From contig OX597829.1 of assembly GCA_951406725.2 (NCBI GenBank), positions 43,462,001-43,526,000 of the forward strand: a DNA stretch of 64,000 bases, in the 5' to 3' direction. A program made the position numbers and the translations under genes. Positions 43,172 through 57,769 of the stretch are shown here, piece after piece. Every line of letters begins with the position of its first letter. Within the stretch, counting starts at the first letter, position 1. The stretch is from Octopus vulgaris (Eukaryota). The notes beneath the pieces were generated by a model that was given only the letters and a program-made list of their open reading frames with translations, was not told the origin of the DNA and did no database searches.

Positions 43172-43293
43172 CATGTATTAGTATAACGCTCGGGAAGTGA
43201 AAAAGTCTTTGACGTTTCGAGCCTACGCTCTTCTACAGAAAGGAACACTGAAAGAAACAAGGAGAGAAAATAAAGAATGTGTAGTGGCTAGCG
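43172..43293 (-). mobile_element. Second copy of the variant-hammerhead repeat (motif 43207-43242)
   Basis: Minus strand CTTT-CTGTAGAA-GAGC(GTAG)GCTC-GAAACGTC-AAAG; flanks match the 32125 copy. Confidence 0.65.
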
Positions 43294-43295
43294 AT

Positions 43296-43880
43296 GACGG
43301 GCTTCTTTCAGTTTCCTTCTATGAAATCCACTCACAAGGCTTTGGTTGGTCCGTGGCTATAGTAGAAGGCGGCGAGCTGGCAGAAACGTTAGCACGTCGG
43401 GCAAAATGCGTAGCCGTATTTCGTCTGCCGTTACGTTCTGAGTTCAAATTCCGCCGAGGTCGACTTTGCCTTTCATCCTTTCGGGGTCGATTAAATAAGT
43501 ACCAGTTACGCACTGGGGTCGATATAATCGACTTAATCCGTTTGTTTGTCCTTGTTTGTCCTCTCTGTGTTTAGCCCCTTTTGGGTAGTAAAGATATAGG
43601 TATTTCGTCAGAGGCTACGGTCTGAGTTCAAATTCCGCCGAGGTCGAATTTGCTTGTCATCCTTTCGGGATTGATTAAATAAAGTACCAGTTACGCACTG
43701 GGGTCGATGTAATCGACTTAATCCGTTTGTCTGTCCTTGTTTGTCCCCTCTATGCTTAGCCCCTTGTGGGTAGTAAAAAAAAAATAGTAGAAGACAACTA
43801 GACAAGGTGCCACACAGAGGGACTGAATCCGGAACCATGTGATTGGGAAACAAGCTAATTTACCACATAGCCACCCCTGC
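43296..43880 (-). mobile_element. SINE A 5' half interrupted by a SINE B dimer
   Basis: ...GGCTATAGTAGAAG[insert]ATAGTAGAAGACAACTAGACAAGGTGCCAC... is continuous family A sequence once the insert is removed. Confidence 0.85.
43368..43786 (+). mobile_element. SINE B dimer (head plus two body units), TSD ATAGTAGAAG
   Basis: Second unit begins GGTATTTCGTC at 43599; TSD at 43359-43368 and 43784-43793. Confidence 0.9.
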
Positions 43881-44748
43881 ATTCATATATATGCTCTCAT
43901 ATATTTGCACACACACACACCATACGTGTATATACTCAAATGTGCATATGTATTTTAATTTATTTATCAGCGAGTTGGAGGTCGCAAATGAACACTGTTT
44001 AGAATATTTATAACTCTGCACATTTCTTGAATCCTCCGTTTTTAGTCATTATCTTTATGAACATGAATATAAATAGCTCTCTGTGTGTTCATAAATGTAT
44101 ATGTATGTATGTGTGTCTTTGTGTGCTTAGAGATGTCCGTGAATGTGTAAGGCGTGTGTGGTGCATATGCATGTGTGGTGCATGTGCGTGTGTGCGTTTG
44201 TGTGTTCATATTGGTATTGCAGTCTCATGTCTGTGATGATGCCAGCCTTTTTCGTTCTCTTACAGACTTAACGTGTATGCGTGTGTTAGTATGTTTACAT
44301 AATTGTTTGTGTCAGAGATGTATGTGTGCGCCTGTGCACCGCGCTCGTGCTCAATATCATGTGTAAGGTGTCCGTCCATCTGTGATTTTTTTTCAAGACT
44401 TTTTACTGCAGTTTGTGCGGGTATTATTTAGATAATGTTTTCGATCGTCTACACCCACATACAATATGCGTTTTGTGTAAAACACGAATGAATTTTTAAA
44501 AAAATTTTACATTTCCTTGTTTATCTTCTATTGTGCGTTTTTTCCGTTTACCTCTTCTGTTTTTTTTTGGGGTTTTTTTTTTTTGTATTTTTTATTTTGT
44601 TTTTTTTTTATGACTTCTTCACATTGGCCTATTACTGAAAATTTGCTCCTCCTTTCTATACCTCTTTCCTTCCTCACACACACGCGCGCTCATACACACA
44701 CACACGCACACACACACAGAGTAACACATACACAAATATGGCCATATG

Positions 44749-44786
<38 letters not shown>

Positions 44787-44943
44787 CACACTAATATGGG
44801 CATAACAAATACGAACACGTGGGTGTGTTTATCTGCATAAATATGTACATTTGTACGGATTCATCTATTCACATGTACTTGTGTATGTATATACTTGTGT
44901 ATATGTATATATGTATATATATATATGTGTGTGTGTGTGAGTT

Positions 44944-45028
<85 letters not shown>

Positions 45029-45274
45029 GTGTGTGCATATATGTATATTATTTACTTTGTATTCATGCTTGTATATATATACCCGTACACACGCACACAC
45101 ATACATATACATATATATAAATATATATGTGTTCATGTATCTACATATCTATACGTGTGTACATATATATATATATATATATAATGCATATGCACATGTC
45201 AGCTGTTTCTAACGAATTTTTAATTGATAAATGGAGACATTAATCACTTGAATCCTGATCTTTTGTAAATATAT

Positions 45275-45326
<52 letters not shown>

Positions 45327-45876
45327 GATATATTATATATAATAATAATGATGATTATAATAATAGGGAAGTATATGGATATATATATATATATCGATCG
45401 ATAGCCTGCGTATGAAATTGAGCTTTACATTCATGCATACATACATACATACATACATGCATACATGCACACATACATACATACATACATACATGCACAC
45501 ATACATACATACATACATACATACATACATACATACATACATACACACATACATACATACACACATACACACATACACACATACATACATAAATACATAA
45601 ATACATGCACACATACACACATACACACATACATACATGCACACATACATACATACATACATACATACATGCATACATGCATACATACATACATGCATAC
45701 ATGCATACATGCATACATACATACATACATACATACATACATACATACATACACACATACACACATACATACACACATACATACATACATAAATACATGC
45801 ACACATACACACATGCACACATGCATACATACATACATACATACATGCATGCATACATGCATGCATGCATATCACA

Positions 45877-46995
45877 TTGACTCAAAAGATTTTTCGTAAT
45901 TCAAGCTGTAATTGAAAGTTTAAACAAATCAACATACGGGAAGCTCAATTCTAAGCTTATTTAATTTGGGTGGTTTAGACACAAAATCCTCCATGCTCTC
46001 ATTTTGAAACCTCGTCCACGTTGTTTATATCTGTCCCTGCACGAAATGAACCATGTGTTGAAAAGGTGGCAGTCTGATGGAGCAAAGTTTGCATTTAATC
46101 AGGCTGAGGTGGCGCTTGCATTCCCACAAGTTTCTCAAGTTTGAATTTGGCCATATTGGTAGAGTGTACAGGACGTCATCATGCTGTAAGCATGTACGTC
46201 TTCGATTGAGTAGTGTCTTTTAGCTAGCTTTCAAAGTATCAAGTATTTGAGCCAGGTATTGAGCCAGGCATTGAGCATGAGGATCTGGGACAAGTTCATC
46301 TTGCGGCACCTCCTCGAAAGTTTAACAAACACACAGCATGACCTTGTTTGGACAATTGGTTCTTGAGTCCAGGTCGGAACGAAGCTGCTGATTTTACATA
46401 TTAGGGTCACAAAATAGATTTATTTTCCATCCCCAGTTGCAATTCGATGCCCAAATCGAACATCTCAAGGTTTTGCCAGCAGTTGTTTGCAAATGTTCAC
46501 ACGTCGTTCCGCCTGGTCATTGATCACATCATGAAGAACTTCTCGAAAGCCGAGCTTATGGAAGTGTCGATTACATACGAGTGTCTGTACTTGGCTGTAG
46601 TTCAACCATTTCAAGCAAGATCTCATTTTCCACGATAGAAGACCACCGTAATCTTGGTTTCTATTCAGGCCTAGTGTCATCTTTCTTGAAACGTCTGAAC
46701 CGCTCTCATATGACTCTATCACCGACAGAATATATCCTGGGCCTTCAACATCAGTATTTCTTTGTACTCAGTAGTGTAAAATGGCTCTAATTGCAATTTT
46801 TACACCACTCATTATAAAAGTGGTAAAAAGAAAACAGTCAGTAATTAAAGTGTATATGTTATATATGAAAATACAGGATAAACAATTCAGTAACGATTGG
46901 ACAAAGAATTGTATCAAATTAATTTGATAATATGGAGATACAAGATGTCAAAATCATCGGTGAAAACCCAAAAAAACTTTTGACTCAACTTGGTA
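45877..46995 (-). mobile_element. Decayed mariner DNA transposon with residual TIRs
   Basis: Minus strand motifs RIATGDGK*IYF, KVMLCV, LQHDD and NFAPSDCHLF (YSPDLAPSDYHLF-like); ends TTGACTCAAAAGATTTTT versus reverse complement TTGAGTCAAAAGTTTTTT. Confidence 0.8.
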
Positions 46996-47531
46996 TACGA
47001 ATGTATATCTGTAAGTCTCTATGTGTAAATGTATAAACAGATCGATGAAGCACTGGAAAAAATATCATTCTAGATGTTAAGTAAGATTTGACGCAAATTC
47101 CACGATATGAAATCGAAAATGAGATACACGTCATATTAGCTCTTTTAGACTATTGAAACTGTTTAATCCATTCTCTTTTCCAAAGAAATGTTCCGAAATT
47201 CTGTTCTTCAGCGAGATACAGGTGTCTTTAAGTAAACATTAAACAAAACCACATGTACGTATGTTTATTCAAACGCCAGAAGATGTGGTTTTTCCGTCCA
47301 GGAAATCCCTTTCAATACGTACTGTGCTAAAAACAAGTCATTGTACTTGAGAAACGAAATGACCCACAGAATTTTAAAACAAATACTGATTAATTATTAA
47401 TCTTGCAAGTCGGCAAAAAATTTTTTTCACAATGCTCAATAATGATTATTCTGTTTTATGCGTCCTTTCCAGAAAAAATGTAGTACATTCATAAAAGTTC
47501 ACTGCAGCCAAGAGTCGAATGACTATGTCCT

Positions 47532-47605
<74 letters not shown>

Positions 47606-47776
47606 TAAATGGCATGAAAGATTCACGCTCTATTCAATTCACTGATTATGCATTGATGACTCGGTGTCTACAGTAAGAGATGTTTTCTTCAAAGTTGAAA
47701 GTTGAATGATTTCGAATTGAACTCGAACTATTAAGTTTTCTCGTGAAGTTGCTAACCATATGATTACATCTACAAC

Positions 47777-47826
<50 letters not shown>

Positions 47827-48122
47827 ATACGTACACACACACATGTGTGTACATATGCATACGTAAACATATCCATGCTTGCATATAGATATCAAACATA
47901 CATAATCAAACATACATACATTCACTAGTATATAGATATGTGTATGCACCATAGACCTGCTATCGCTTATACACACAAACAAACAAACAAGCAAAATAAA
48001 AAAAGCACTCGCATTTATTCTCACACTTAGCGTTAGTCTTTTTGTGAAATTTCGTGTGTGTATGTGTATTTGCGCGTACGCCCACGCAGATATATATATA
48101 TATATACACACACAGGCAGATA

Positions 48123-48153
<31 letters not shown>

Positions 48154-48891
48154 GTGTGTGTGTATGTGTGTGTGTGTACAATATAGGTTTTCAGTTAATA
48201 CACGAGCAAGGAAACAATAAGCGATCTTGTGGCGTCTTCAATTAAGGCCCAGTGGCGACTTAAATCTGATGTATTTATACACTCTGGCAAATAATTATTT
48301 GTCAGGGATACGACGAAATCAACTGACGTATATATTAATTTGGACTTTATATGCTTGTTTCTTTCTTATATATTTATTTGTTCCTTTATTATTTATTAGT
48401 TCATTCATTCATTCATGTCTCTCGCTCTTGAATTACTTCATCATTACGTATTCAACATATTCATTTTCCGTTAATTTCAAATTCTTTTGGTTTCCATTTT
48501 GTTATTATTTTATTCGTAATACCACACCACACGTATTGTTCATTTATTTTGCATTGTGAAATAAATTTTGTTCTTGTTTAATTAATTTTCTTTGTCCGTA
48601 GTATTTTCTTTCTTTCTTCTTAATAAATTCTTGTTACCTTTTTAGAATATATCTTGTTTCTTTTTTTTTGTTCTTTTTTGTGTCGTTTAGTCAATTTAAG
48701 TTTCTTCATTTTTTCTTATACATTTCTTTCACACATTTGCGGTCAATAATACGAAGTACAGGACTCGATGACATCGGTTTATACTTTGCCTTAAAGTTAC
48801 TAGCCTTGTGCTTAAGCCATAAACAATTATTTTTATTATTAGTGTTTTTGTTGTTGATGTTAGTCTTGTATACTTACGTTTTTCTTCACCA

Positions 48892-49273
48892 GTGGAGGCG
48901 CAATGGCCCAATGGTTAGGGCAGCGGACTCGCGGTCGTAGGATCGCGGTTTCGATTCCCAGACCGGGCGTTGTGAGTGTTTATTGAGCGAAAACACCTAA
49001 AGCTCCACGAGGCTCCGGCAGGGGATGGTGGTGATCCCTGCTGTACTCTTTCACCACAACTTTCTCTCACTCTTACTTCCTGTTTCTGTTGTACCTGTAT
49101 TTCAAAGGGCCGGCCTTGTCACTCTCTGTTTCACGCTGAATATCCCCGAGAACTACGGTAAGGGTGTACGTGTCTGTGGAGTGCTCAGCCACTCACACGT
49201 TAATTTCACGAGCAGGCTGTTCCGTTCATCGGATCAACCGGAACCCTCGTCGTCGTAACCGACGGAGTGCTTC
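48892..49273 (+). mobile_element. tRNA(Arg)-like-head SINE, apparently full length (resembles octopus OR-type SINEs)
   Basis: GTGGAGGCGCAATGGCCCAATGGTTAGGGCAGCGGACTCGCGGTCGTAGGATCGCGGTTTCGATTCC (A and B boxes, TCG in the anticodon-like loop); family name from memory. Confidence 0.8.
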
Positions 49274-49378
49274 CTCCTTTTCTTTACCATTATTTTTTTT
49301 ACTAGTTTCATTCATTAGTCTGCGGTTGTGATGGACGACCGCGTTGAAGGGGATTTTGTTATTTTTTACATTCTAGGG

Positions 49379-49433
49379 CAGTGGTTCCCAAAGTGGGCGG
49401 TGGAAAGATCCTGAAAAAGTTTGGGAACCACAG
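49379..49433. mobile_element. 55-bp hAT (Charlie/Buster-like) mini-element
   Basis: TIRs CAGTGGTTCCCAAA / TTTGGGAACCACAG; 8-bp flanks TTCTAGGG and GTCTAGTG resemble the NTCTAGAN target consensus. Confidence 0.7.
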
Positions 49434-49582
49434 GTCTAGTGCATATTTACTCGAGCTCTGAATACCGAACCGTCCAGTTGTATATAAAGTTAAGAAATAC
49501 AAAATAAGTAACAATATTTATACGTTTTAAACGCACACATACTTCCACAATCAATATCTGTGTGCGCAAATTTATGGATGTT

Positions 49583-49621
<39 letters not shown>

Positions 49622-49709
49622 CTAAGTGTCTCTGTGCATGTATGTACATGTATTAACACACACGCACACACATATATATATATATATGCTTACAGATATA
49701 TTTATAGTA

Positions 49710-49746
<37 letters not shown>

Positions 49747-49802
49747 GTGTGTGAGTGTGTGTGCGCATGTTCGTGTGAGTATATAGGTACGCATATACAT
49801 AC

Positions 49803-49838
<36 letters not shown>

Positions 49839-50222
49839 GATGTGTATGTATGTATGTATATGTACAGCCCTTCATTTCGGAGAAAAAATTCACGTATTTG
49901 ATCCGTATATCACGAAAGTTTCTTGGGAAAGTACTGTTTTGGCTGAGTTCTGAGAACTGTGTCTATGATTGTTATATCTTTGTTTAAATCAGATGGCGGT
50001 AATCCATTACTTCATTATTAGTACATTTACTACTAACAGATCAGCGCGAAAATCAATGGAACTTGTCCACTATCGAAGAGAAATGGAAGTGGATTCATAT
50101 AGATCCAATATGGGATGACAATGGAAATATTCTGAGCTAAATACATACATTCTTATGTGTGTGTGTGTATATATATATATGTATATAATATGTACAAATA
50201 TATAAAGCTACATATAAACGTA

Positions 50223-50277
<55 letters not shown>

Positions 50278-50361
50278 ATGTATATACATATTTATAAATC
50301 TCTATGTATGTAAATTTACAGTACCTACTATATATGTATCTATGTATATATATATATATAT

Positions 50362-50570
50362 GACCTCGTGAGCACCGCCAGCAATATTTTTTCCTCTGTC
50401 TTCCCTTCTCTGGATCTTTCCTTCTCCTATGTTTCCGACGAAGAGCTCCACTAGAAACGTTAAATCCTCCATCTTCCCTTCTTTCCTGAGCGTCCAATAA
50501 TACTTTATTTGCTCCACGTCCTCGCGTTGCTGTGTTTTTTTTCTTTGTTTTCTTGTTTGGATTAACTTTA
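50362..50570 (+). mobile_element. Small repeat with decayed hammerhead-like motif (50432-50464), related to the 32125/43172 family
   Basis: TTT-CCGACGAA-GAGC(TCC)ACTA-GAAACGTT-AAA followed by TTCCTGAGCGT..TAATAC, as in the related copies. Confidence 0.5.
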
Positions 50571-50991
50571 TATATATATATATATAATACGTATGCATAT
50601 GCATACATACATATTCTTACACATTCACATGTACATTCGTGCGTACTATAAGCAATGTCTATGGCATTCACATTTACTTTTCTCTCGCTTTCTCTTATCC
50701 GTTACCTTTCTTTTTCTCTTCTTTTCCTTTCTCCTCCCTAGTTTTCGCTTTTTCTTTTTTTTTTTCCTTGCATTTCTCTATACTTGTTCCTTTTCACCAT
50801 TTCCCTACTTTCTTTCATCTAATTTTCGTCACTTAATCTTTCTTACATTCATGTCTATTTCCCATTTTGTTTGTTTGTTTCTTTCTTTCTTTGTTCGTTT
50901 ATTTCTCAGTATCTTTATTCCTTTAGCTTCCTGCCATTGATAACTCATTAAAGTCTCTGTCTCTCTTCTTCTTTCAGTCTCCCCTTCTCTC

Positions 50992-51165
50992 TAGCCTCTT
51001 CTTCTCCCTCGCGTCCTGCATTTCTTGAATGTCTCTCAGAACACCCCTCTTCCTCTTACTATCTATTTGAATATGAATTAGCCTCTTCTTCTCCCTCGCG
51101 CCCTCCATTTCATGAATATCTCTCAGAACACCCCTCTTCCTCTTACTATCTATTTGAGTATGAAT
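50992..51165. repeat. 87-bp tandem duplication
   Basis: TAGCCTCTTCTTCTCCCTCGCG...TATTTGA.TATGAAT at 50992 and 51079. Confidence 0.92.
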
Positions 51166-51600
51166 GAATAATTTTTAGTCTTTGTAATTAGTGTAAACTG
51201 GATAAAATGAATTGATTATTTAACTCTGTGGGTGTTCAGTTACTAATTAGAAATCAACATGAATTAACAGACTACAACTGATAAGAAGGAACATAGAGAA
51301 AGCGATAGATTTCAGATTTTCGAAGATACGAGAAAGTTACAGCAGCAGCAACAGTAGAGTTGTTGTTGATGTTGTTGTTGGTGGGGGTGGTGGTGGTGGT
51401 TGTGGTGCTGCTGCTGGTGATGGTGGCAGCGGTGATGGCGATGGTCGTAGTGGTCGTTGCTGTAACAGGAGCGGGACCTGCAGCACTAAATGCGATAACA
51501 TGAATAGCCATAATGGAATGATAGAATATGATGCACGCTCTCACACCAAAATTCTAAAGACGAAAACAACGAATCACATTTCCAAAAACCACGTATATAA

Positions 51601-51657
<57 letters not shown>

Positions 51658-52438
51658 ATACATATGAATATACATGGCTATATATATGCATGGTAATAGA
51701 CGAATATACAGGTATAATAGATACCTATATGCATACATGCATACATGTATACATACACACATACATGCATACATACATACATACATGCATACATACATAC
51801 ATACATACATGCATACATATATACATACATACATACATACATGCATAAATACATACGCACATACATGCATGCATGCATGCATGCATACATACATACATAC
51901 TTACATACATGCATAATACACACATACGTACATACATACGTACATACATACATACATACATTCATACATACATACGCACATACATACATACGTTCATACA
52001 TACATACGCACATACATACATACATACATACATATGCATACGCACATACATACATACATACATACACACATACACACATACACACACACACATACATACA
52101 TACATACATACATACACACACATACATACATACATACATAAATACATACATACATACGTACGTACGTACATACGTACGTACGTACGTACGTATGTACGTA
52201 CGTACATTTCTCTCTCTAGCACATAATATCAATTCCATAGAAGTACACCAGCATATTACCGATATTCTTGTGGTAATACAGCACGAAAGAACATACTATT
52301 CGCTGAATGTCTTCGACACTTGTTTCATCGAATGACAGCGCTTTTGAGTAAAAGAAGAAAACGTACTGTGGTTGGAAAAGTGTACAGAATATGGGTAAAT
52401 GATGATGAATAAGCGAAGGTTTGGTGATGAACTCAGTC

Positions 52439-52587
<149 letters not shown>

Positions 52588-52689
52588 ATAGAAATGGCAA
52601 GACGACAAAAGAATGAAAGGGACCTCGATATTATGTAAATAGAGGAATGTATCTGTAAATATAACATGTGACAATTATTCGGTAACCAT

Positions 52690-52750
52690 GATAAAACTCC
52701 GAGTTTCGGGTGTCGGGGCGGAAGCCCACGCCGACATCTCTTCAGTTATC
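52690..52750 (-). ncRNA. Type I hammerhead-like ribozyme motif with long stem II
   Basis: Minus strand GATAA-CTGAAGA-GATGTCGGCGTGG(GCTT)CCGCCCCGACACCC-GAAA-CTCGGAG-TT-TTATC; stem I GATAA/TTATC; base of stem II imperfect. Confidence 0.6.
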
Positions 52751-52858
52751 CGGCCATCGATAAAATGCTATGAAAATGACCGTTAAACAAAGGGAAATTA
52801 CTGTGTGATTGACCGTTATTAAGAGAAAAGAGCTATCAGAATGACCGCTGAGGGGAGG

Positions 52859-52906
<48 letters not shown>

Positions 52907-52910
<4 letters not shown>

Positions 52911-53145
52911 AAAAACATTTGCAGCGTAGTAGGTGTTTATAAGCCATTTAAAACCACACAAAAACCGTTAGATTCACTTCAAAGTTGAAGTTTGATTTGT
53001 GTCAAAATATTTTCGTCGCTTTGAAATTGCGAGTTTTGTCAGTGAAGAGGTCACTGTTTCAAAGCGATTATGTCTTTCAAAACGGTTATGTCTTGTGTTT
53101 TTAAATGGTTTATAATCTCCTTCTACGCTGCAATTGTTTTTGTTT
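52907..53145. repeat. Imperfect inverted-repeat element
   Basis: AAACAAAAACATTTGCAGCGTAGTAGGTGTTTATAAGCCATTTAAAA versus TTTTAAATGGTTTATAATCTCCTTCTACGCTGCAATTGTTTTTGTTT. Confidence 0.8.
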
Positions 53146-53213
53146 CAGCACACAAATCTGGGATCATGTCACTTGCTATGCAAGTACATCTCCGTAATAT
53201 ATATATTTATTTA

Positions 53214-53416
53214 TTTTACTTGTTCCAATCATTTGACTGCTGCCATGCTGGAACACCGCCTTTAATCGAACAAGTCGTCCGCAGAACTTATTCTTTGCAA
53301 GCCTAGTATTTATCCTATTGTCTTCTTTCGACGAACCCCTAAGTCATGCAGTAGAACTGAACCCGCATTCATGTGGTTGGTAAGCAAGCTACTTACCACG
53401 CAGCCACTCCTGCGCT
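53214..53416 (-). mobile_element. SINE family A, internally deleted
   Basis: Tail (TTTGACTGCTGCCATGCTGGAACACCGCC) joined directly to head (CTTACCACGCAGCCACTCCTGCGC). Confidence 0.8.
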
Positions 53417-53419
53417 TAT

Positions 53420-53476
<57 letters not shown>

Positions 53477-53579
53477 CATATATATATATATACATATATA
53501 TACATATATATATATACATATACATATACATATATATATATATACATATACATATACATATATATATATATACATATAC

Positions 53580-53808
<229 letters not shown>

Positions 53809-54087
53809 GTATGTATGTGTATAGGTATGTATGTATATATGCTAGTATATGTGTATGTTTCTCAATCAATAATCACATAACGTTCATTGATTATTCTTTG
53901 TACGATTTGCTTGTCTATCTGGAACTATTGTGCTGCGACAGCTGCTTTTGTTGATGCTGCCGCGGCTGCCTATGCTGTCTCCGCCGCTGCTGCCACCACC
54001 GCCTCGGCTGCTTCTTCTACTCTGCCGCCGCCGTGGCCACTACTACTACTACCACTACTACTACCACTACTACTACCACTACTACTA

Positions 54088-54127
<40 letters not shown>

Positions 54128-54476
54128 AAATGCGAATAGTACCACTGCTGCTGCTTCTTTTGCTGCAGGTTTCGTCGTACCGGTTGTATCTAGTAAAATC
54201 TTGAATGAACAGTCTCATGACCGAAAGTTTTCCATCCATGGCGGTCACATCGTTACGTTATGTTGATAAACTCCTTACCCAGTCTATCTATCCTTGTAAC
54301 AAATACAGTAAATTGTATTTTGTGGGAGATCTGCCTGTTATTTCCAGAGTTGTTCCAAACATATTTATTTATTGAGAATTTTGTGTTATCTGAATAAGAT
54401 TTTGCGGCCCGGCCATATATGTTAGCTACTATACAGATCACCTCTCCCATGTTGGCCTTAAACACATATATATATA

Positions 54477-54845
54477 GGCACAGGCGTGGCTCCGTGGTAA
54501 GGAGCTTGCTTCCCAACCACATGGTTCCGGGTTCAATCTCACTGTGAGGCACCATGGGCAAGTGTTTCTTACTATAGCTTCAAGCCGACTTAAGCCTTAT
54601 GAGTGGATTTTGTAGACAGAAACTGAAAGAAACCCGTCCTATGTATACTTCTCCCCCATCTCCGTTTGACGACCGGTACTCGTGTGTTTACGTAACTAGC
54701 GGTTTAGAAAAAGGGATCAATGGAATAAGGACCAACCAGGCTTTTATCAATAAATACTGGGATGAATTCATTCGACTGAAAAATTACCAAGGCGATAACC
54801 CCAGCATGGCCGTACACTAACGACTGAGTTAAGATTGAAAGTGAA
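54477..54845 (+). mobile_element. SINE family A, diverged
   Basis: GGCACAGGCGTGGCTCCGTGGTAAGG...CCCAGCATGGCCG. Confidence 0.8.
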
Positions 54846-55726
54846 AGTTCGATAAGTCCGATGGGTCATAGTGCATTTTATACAGTGAACTTTATTAGGT
54901 TTCTGCTGGATGTTTGGTGTGTGTATGTGTGTGTGTGTGTGTTGATCTCTGTTTGTAGTCAGAAGAAATCTCCTTTGTGCTTCAGACTCATTCCGTCTTT
55001 AGAGCAGACCAATCAACAAAGGGTTTATTCGAAATTTAGAACCGGAAACGTTAATGAATCGGCAACAGATTAGGGAACCGGGTAGACAAAAAAAAAAAAA
55101 AGATACTCAAGTCTTCCAAATGGGTAAAAGTCTCAAACAAAAGGTAAAAAACCCAATTTAGCAAAAAAAAAAAAAAAAATTTGTTTGAAAGTAACCAAAT
55201 TCTTACATCTTTTTATCCAATTTTTTTTTACGTGCTTTCAAATTTAATTGTAAGCGGAAAATTTCATTTAAAATTATGATGGACGTGCAAAAGAATTCGC
55301 TTATAAGAATTCAGCAACCCAGAAATATGAAATTATTAGTAATTAAAAACATCAAAAGCCGTTTTTATTTTGTTTCTCATTGAATTTTTTTTTTTTCCCA
55401 TATTTATTAGCATTTATCACTTTTGCCGTTGATGTGCAAATCTAGACACACACACACACACACACACGCGCACACACGCACACACGCACACACGCACACA
55501 CGCACACACACACACGCACACACTCGCACATACACACAGAGAGCAATAGTTACATTCTAAAAGATTAATCGGGTGAAAGATAAGGGTAGATTGAAACGAT
55601 GTTCTTCCGTAACACGCGCACACATCGCACAAACACCATAAAATAGAAAAGGTAAACAACAAATATCTATGACCCCCCCCCAAAAAAAAAAACACGCATT
55701 CACACACAATAAAACTATACAAAAAT

Positions 55727-55987
55727 GGGAGTGGATATGTGGTAAGAAACTTGCTTTCCAACCACATGGTTCCGGGCTCAGTCCCACTGCGTGGCACCTT
55801 GAGCAAATGTCTTATATTATTATAGCCTCGAGTCGACCATAACCTTCTAAGTGGATTTGGTAGACGGAAACTAAAAGAAGCCTGCTACTACTACTACTAC
55901 TACTACTACTACTTTTACTACTACTACTTTTACTACTACTACTACTACTACTCTTACTACTTTTACTACTACTACTACTACTACTCT

Positions 55988-56057
<70 letters not shown>

Positions 56058-56310
56058 TTTACTACTACTACTACTACTACTATGTATGTATTTGTGTGTC
56101 AGTGTTTGTCCCACCCAGCAAGGCTTGACAACTAATGTTGGTGTGCTTACGTGCCCCACTTCCTTAACTTAGCGTTTCGGTGTAAGATATCGATAGAATA
56201 AGCACCACAAGGCTTTACAAAAGAATAAGCACATTGGGATCGATTTGTTCGACAGACAAAAATGGCGGTGCTGCAGCATGGCAGCTGTCAAATGACTGAA
56301 AGAAGTATAA
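55727..56310 (+). mobile_element. SINE family A with an internal (CTA)n tract
   Basis: Head to AAAGAAGCCTG, then about 200 bp of (CTA)n, then family A tail. Confidence 0.85.
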
Positions 56311-56399
56311 AAAAAACCAATGACAACAATAATGATAAATAATGATAAAAAAAAAATCTCAGGTAAATTAAATGTTATATATTTACTATTGCTAGCAGT

Positions 56400-56456
<57 letters not shown>

Positions 56457-56696
56457 GGTGATGTGATGAGAATATGTGTCACACCATCACACACGTCCTT
56501 TTCAAGCTCAAACAAAGACAGTGTCATCTTTGTTTCCTTCTTTGTTTAATTTGTCAGGTTTCACGCCTTTCATCGGATTATAGCACACATTTTGATAAGA
56601 TATCTTAATTTATTTATTTTCTACGATCTAGAGAAAAATAAAAATAGTTTACATTAGGAAAAAAACAACAAAAACAACAAAACATTTGCTTCATCA

Positions 56697-56746
<50 letters not shown>

Positions 56747-56827
56747 GTTGTTGTTGTTGTTGTCGTAGTCATCATCATCATCATCATCAGCGTTGTCATT
56801 CACTTTTGTTAGTAATGTAATTGCTGT

Positions 56828-56891
<64 letters not shown>

Positions 56892-56950
56892 GCTACTACT
56901 ACACCACCACCACCTGCACTATGCACTACTACTACTACTACTACTGCTGC

Positions 56951-56983
<33 letters not shown>

Positions 56984-57532
56984 TACCACTACCACCACCA
57001 CTACCACCACCTGCACTGCTACTACTATTACTACTATTATTATTATTACTACCACCTGCACTAGTAGCTGTAGTAGTAGTAGTAGTAGCAGCAGCAGTAG
57101 TAGTAAATTTAGATTGCAGTAATAGTGAATCTATGGATGGGGAGAGAGAGCGGAGGCGGGGCGGGGGTAGTTCTCTTTTGTGACAGTTTCATTCTTTGAT
57201 TCACACATCCATTCATTGCCATCCTTTTCAATAAGACACCTTTCAATCACTCTGCCTTTCTTTCTTTGCCTGCCTATCTGTCTGTCTGTCCGTCTGCCTG
57301 TCTTTCTGTCTGTCTGTCTGCATGTCTGTCAGTCTGCTTCTCTCTGTTGTACACTTCTTAGATAAATAAACACACTAATACTTCACATAACCATTGAAAC
57401 ATCCGCTGCGTACCAATGCTCATCATACATTGTTTTTTGATTTTTCCCTTCTTTTACAAGACGGAAAATCCTTTAATTCTTTGGCTGTCTGTCCGTCCGT
57501 CCGTCCGTCTGTCTGTCTTCATGTCTTTCCCT

Positions 57533-57596
<64 letters not shown>

Positions 57597-57719
57597 CTCC
57601 ATCTCCTCTCGCACATTCTTTCACGTACACACGTGCAATTCCAATATTTCTCTGATTTCATGCCCTTAATCAGTTTGCCAAAATATTTAGTGTTTCTGTT
57701 TCTGAGTACTGTGTGTGTG

Positions 57720-57767
<48 letters not shown>

Positions 57768-57769
<2 letters not shown>

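Noticed and set aside
48892-48965. Functional tRNA-Arg (also tRNA-like heads at 650-720 and 59681-59754)
   Set aside because: No proper acceptor stem; each continues into a repeat body, so these are SINE heads.
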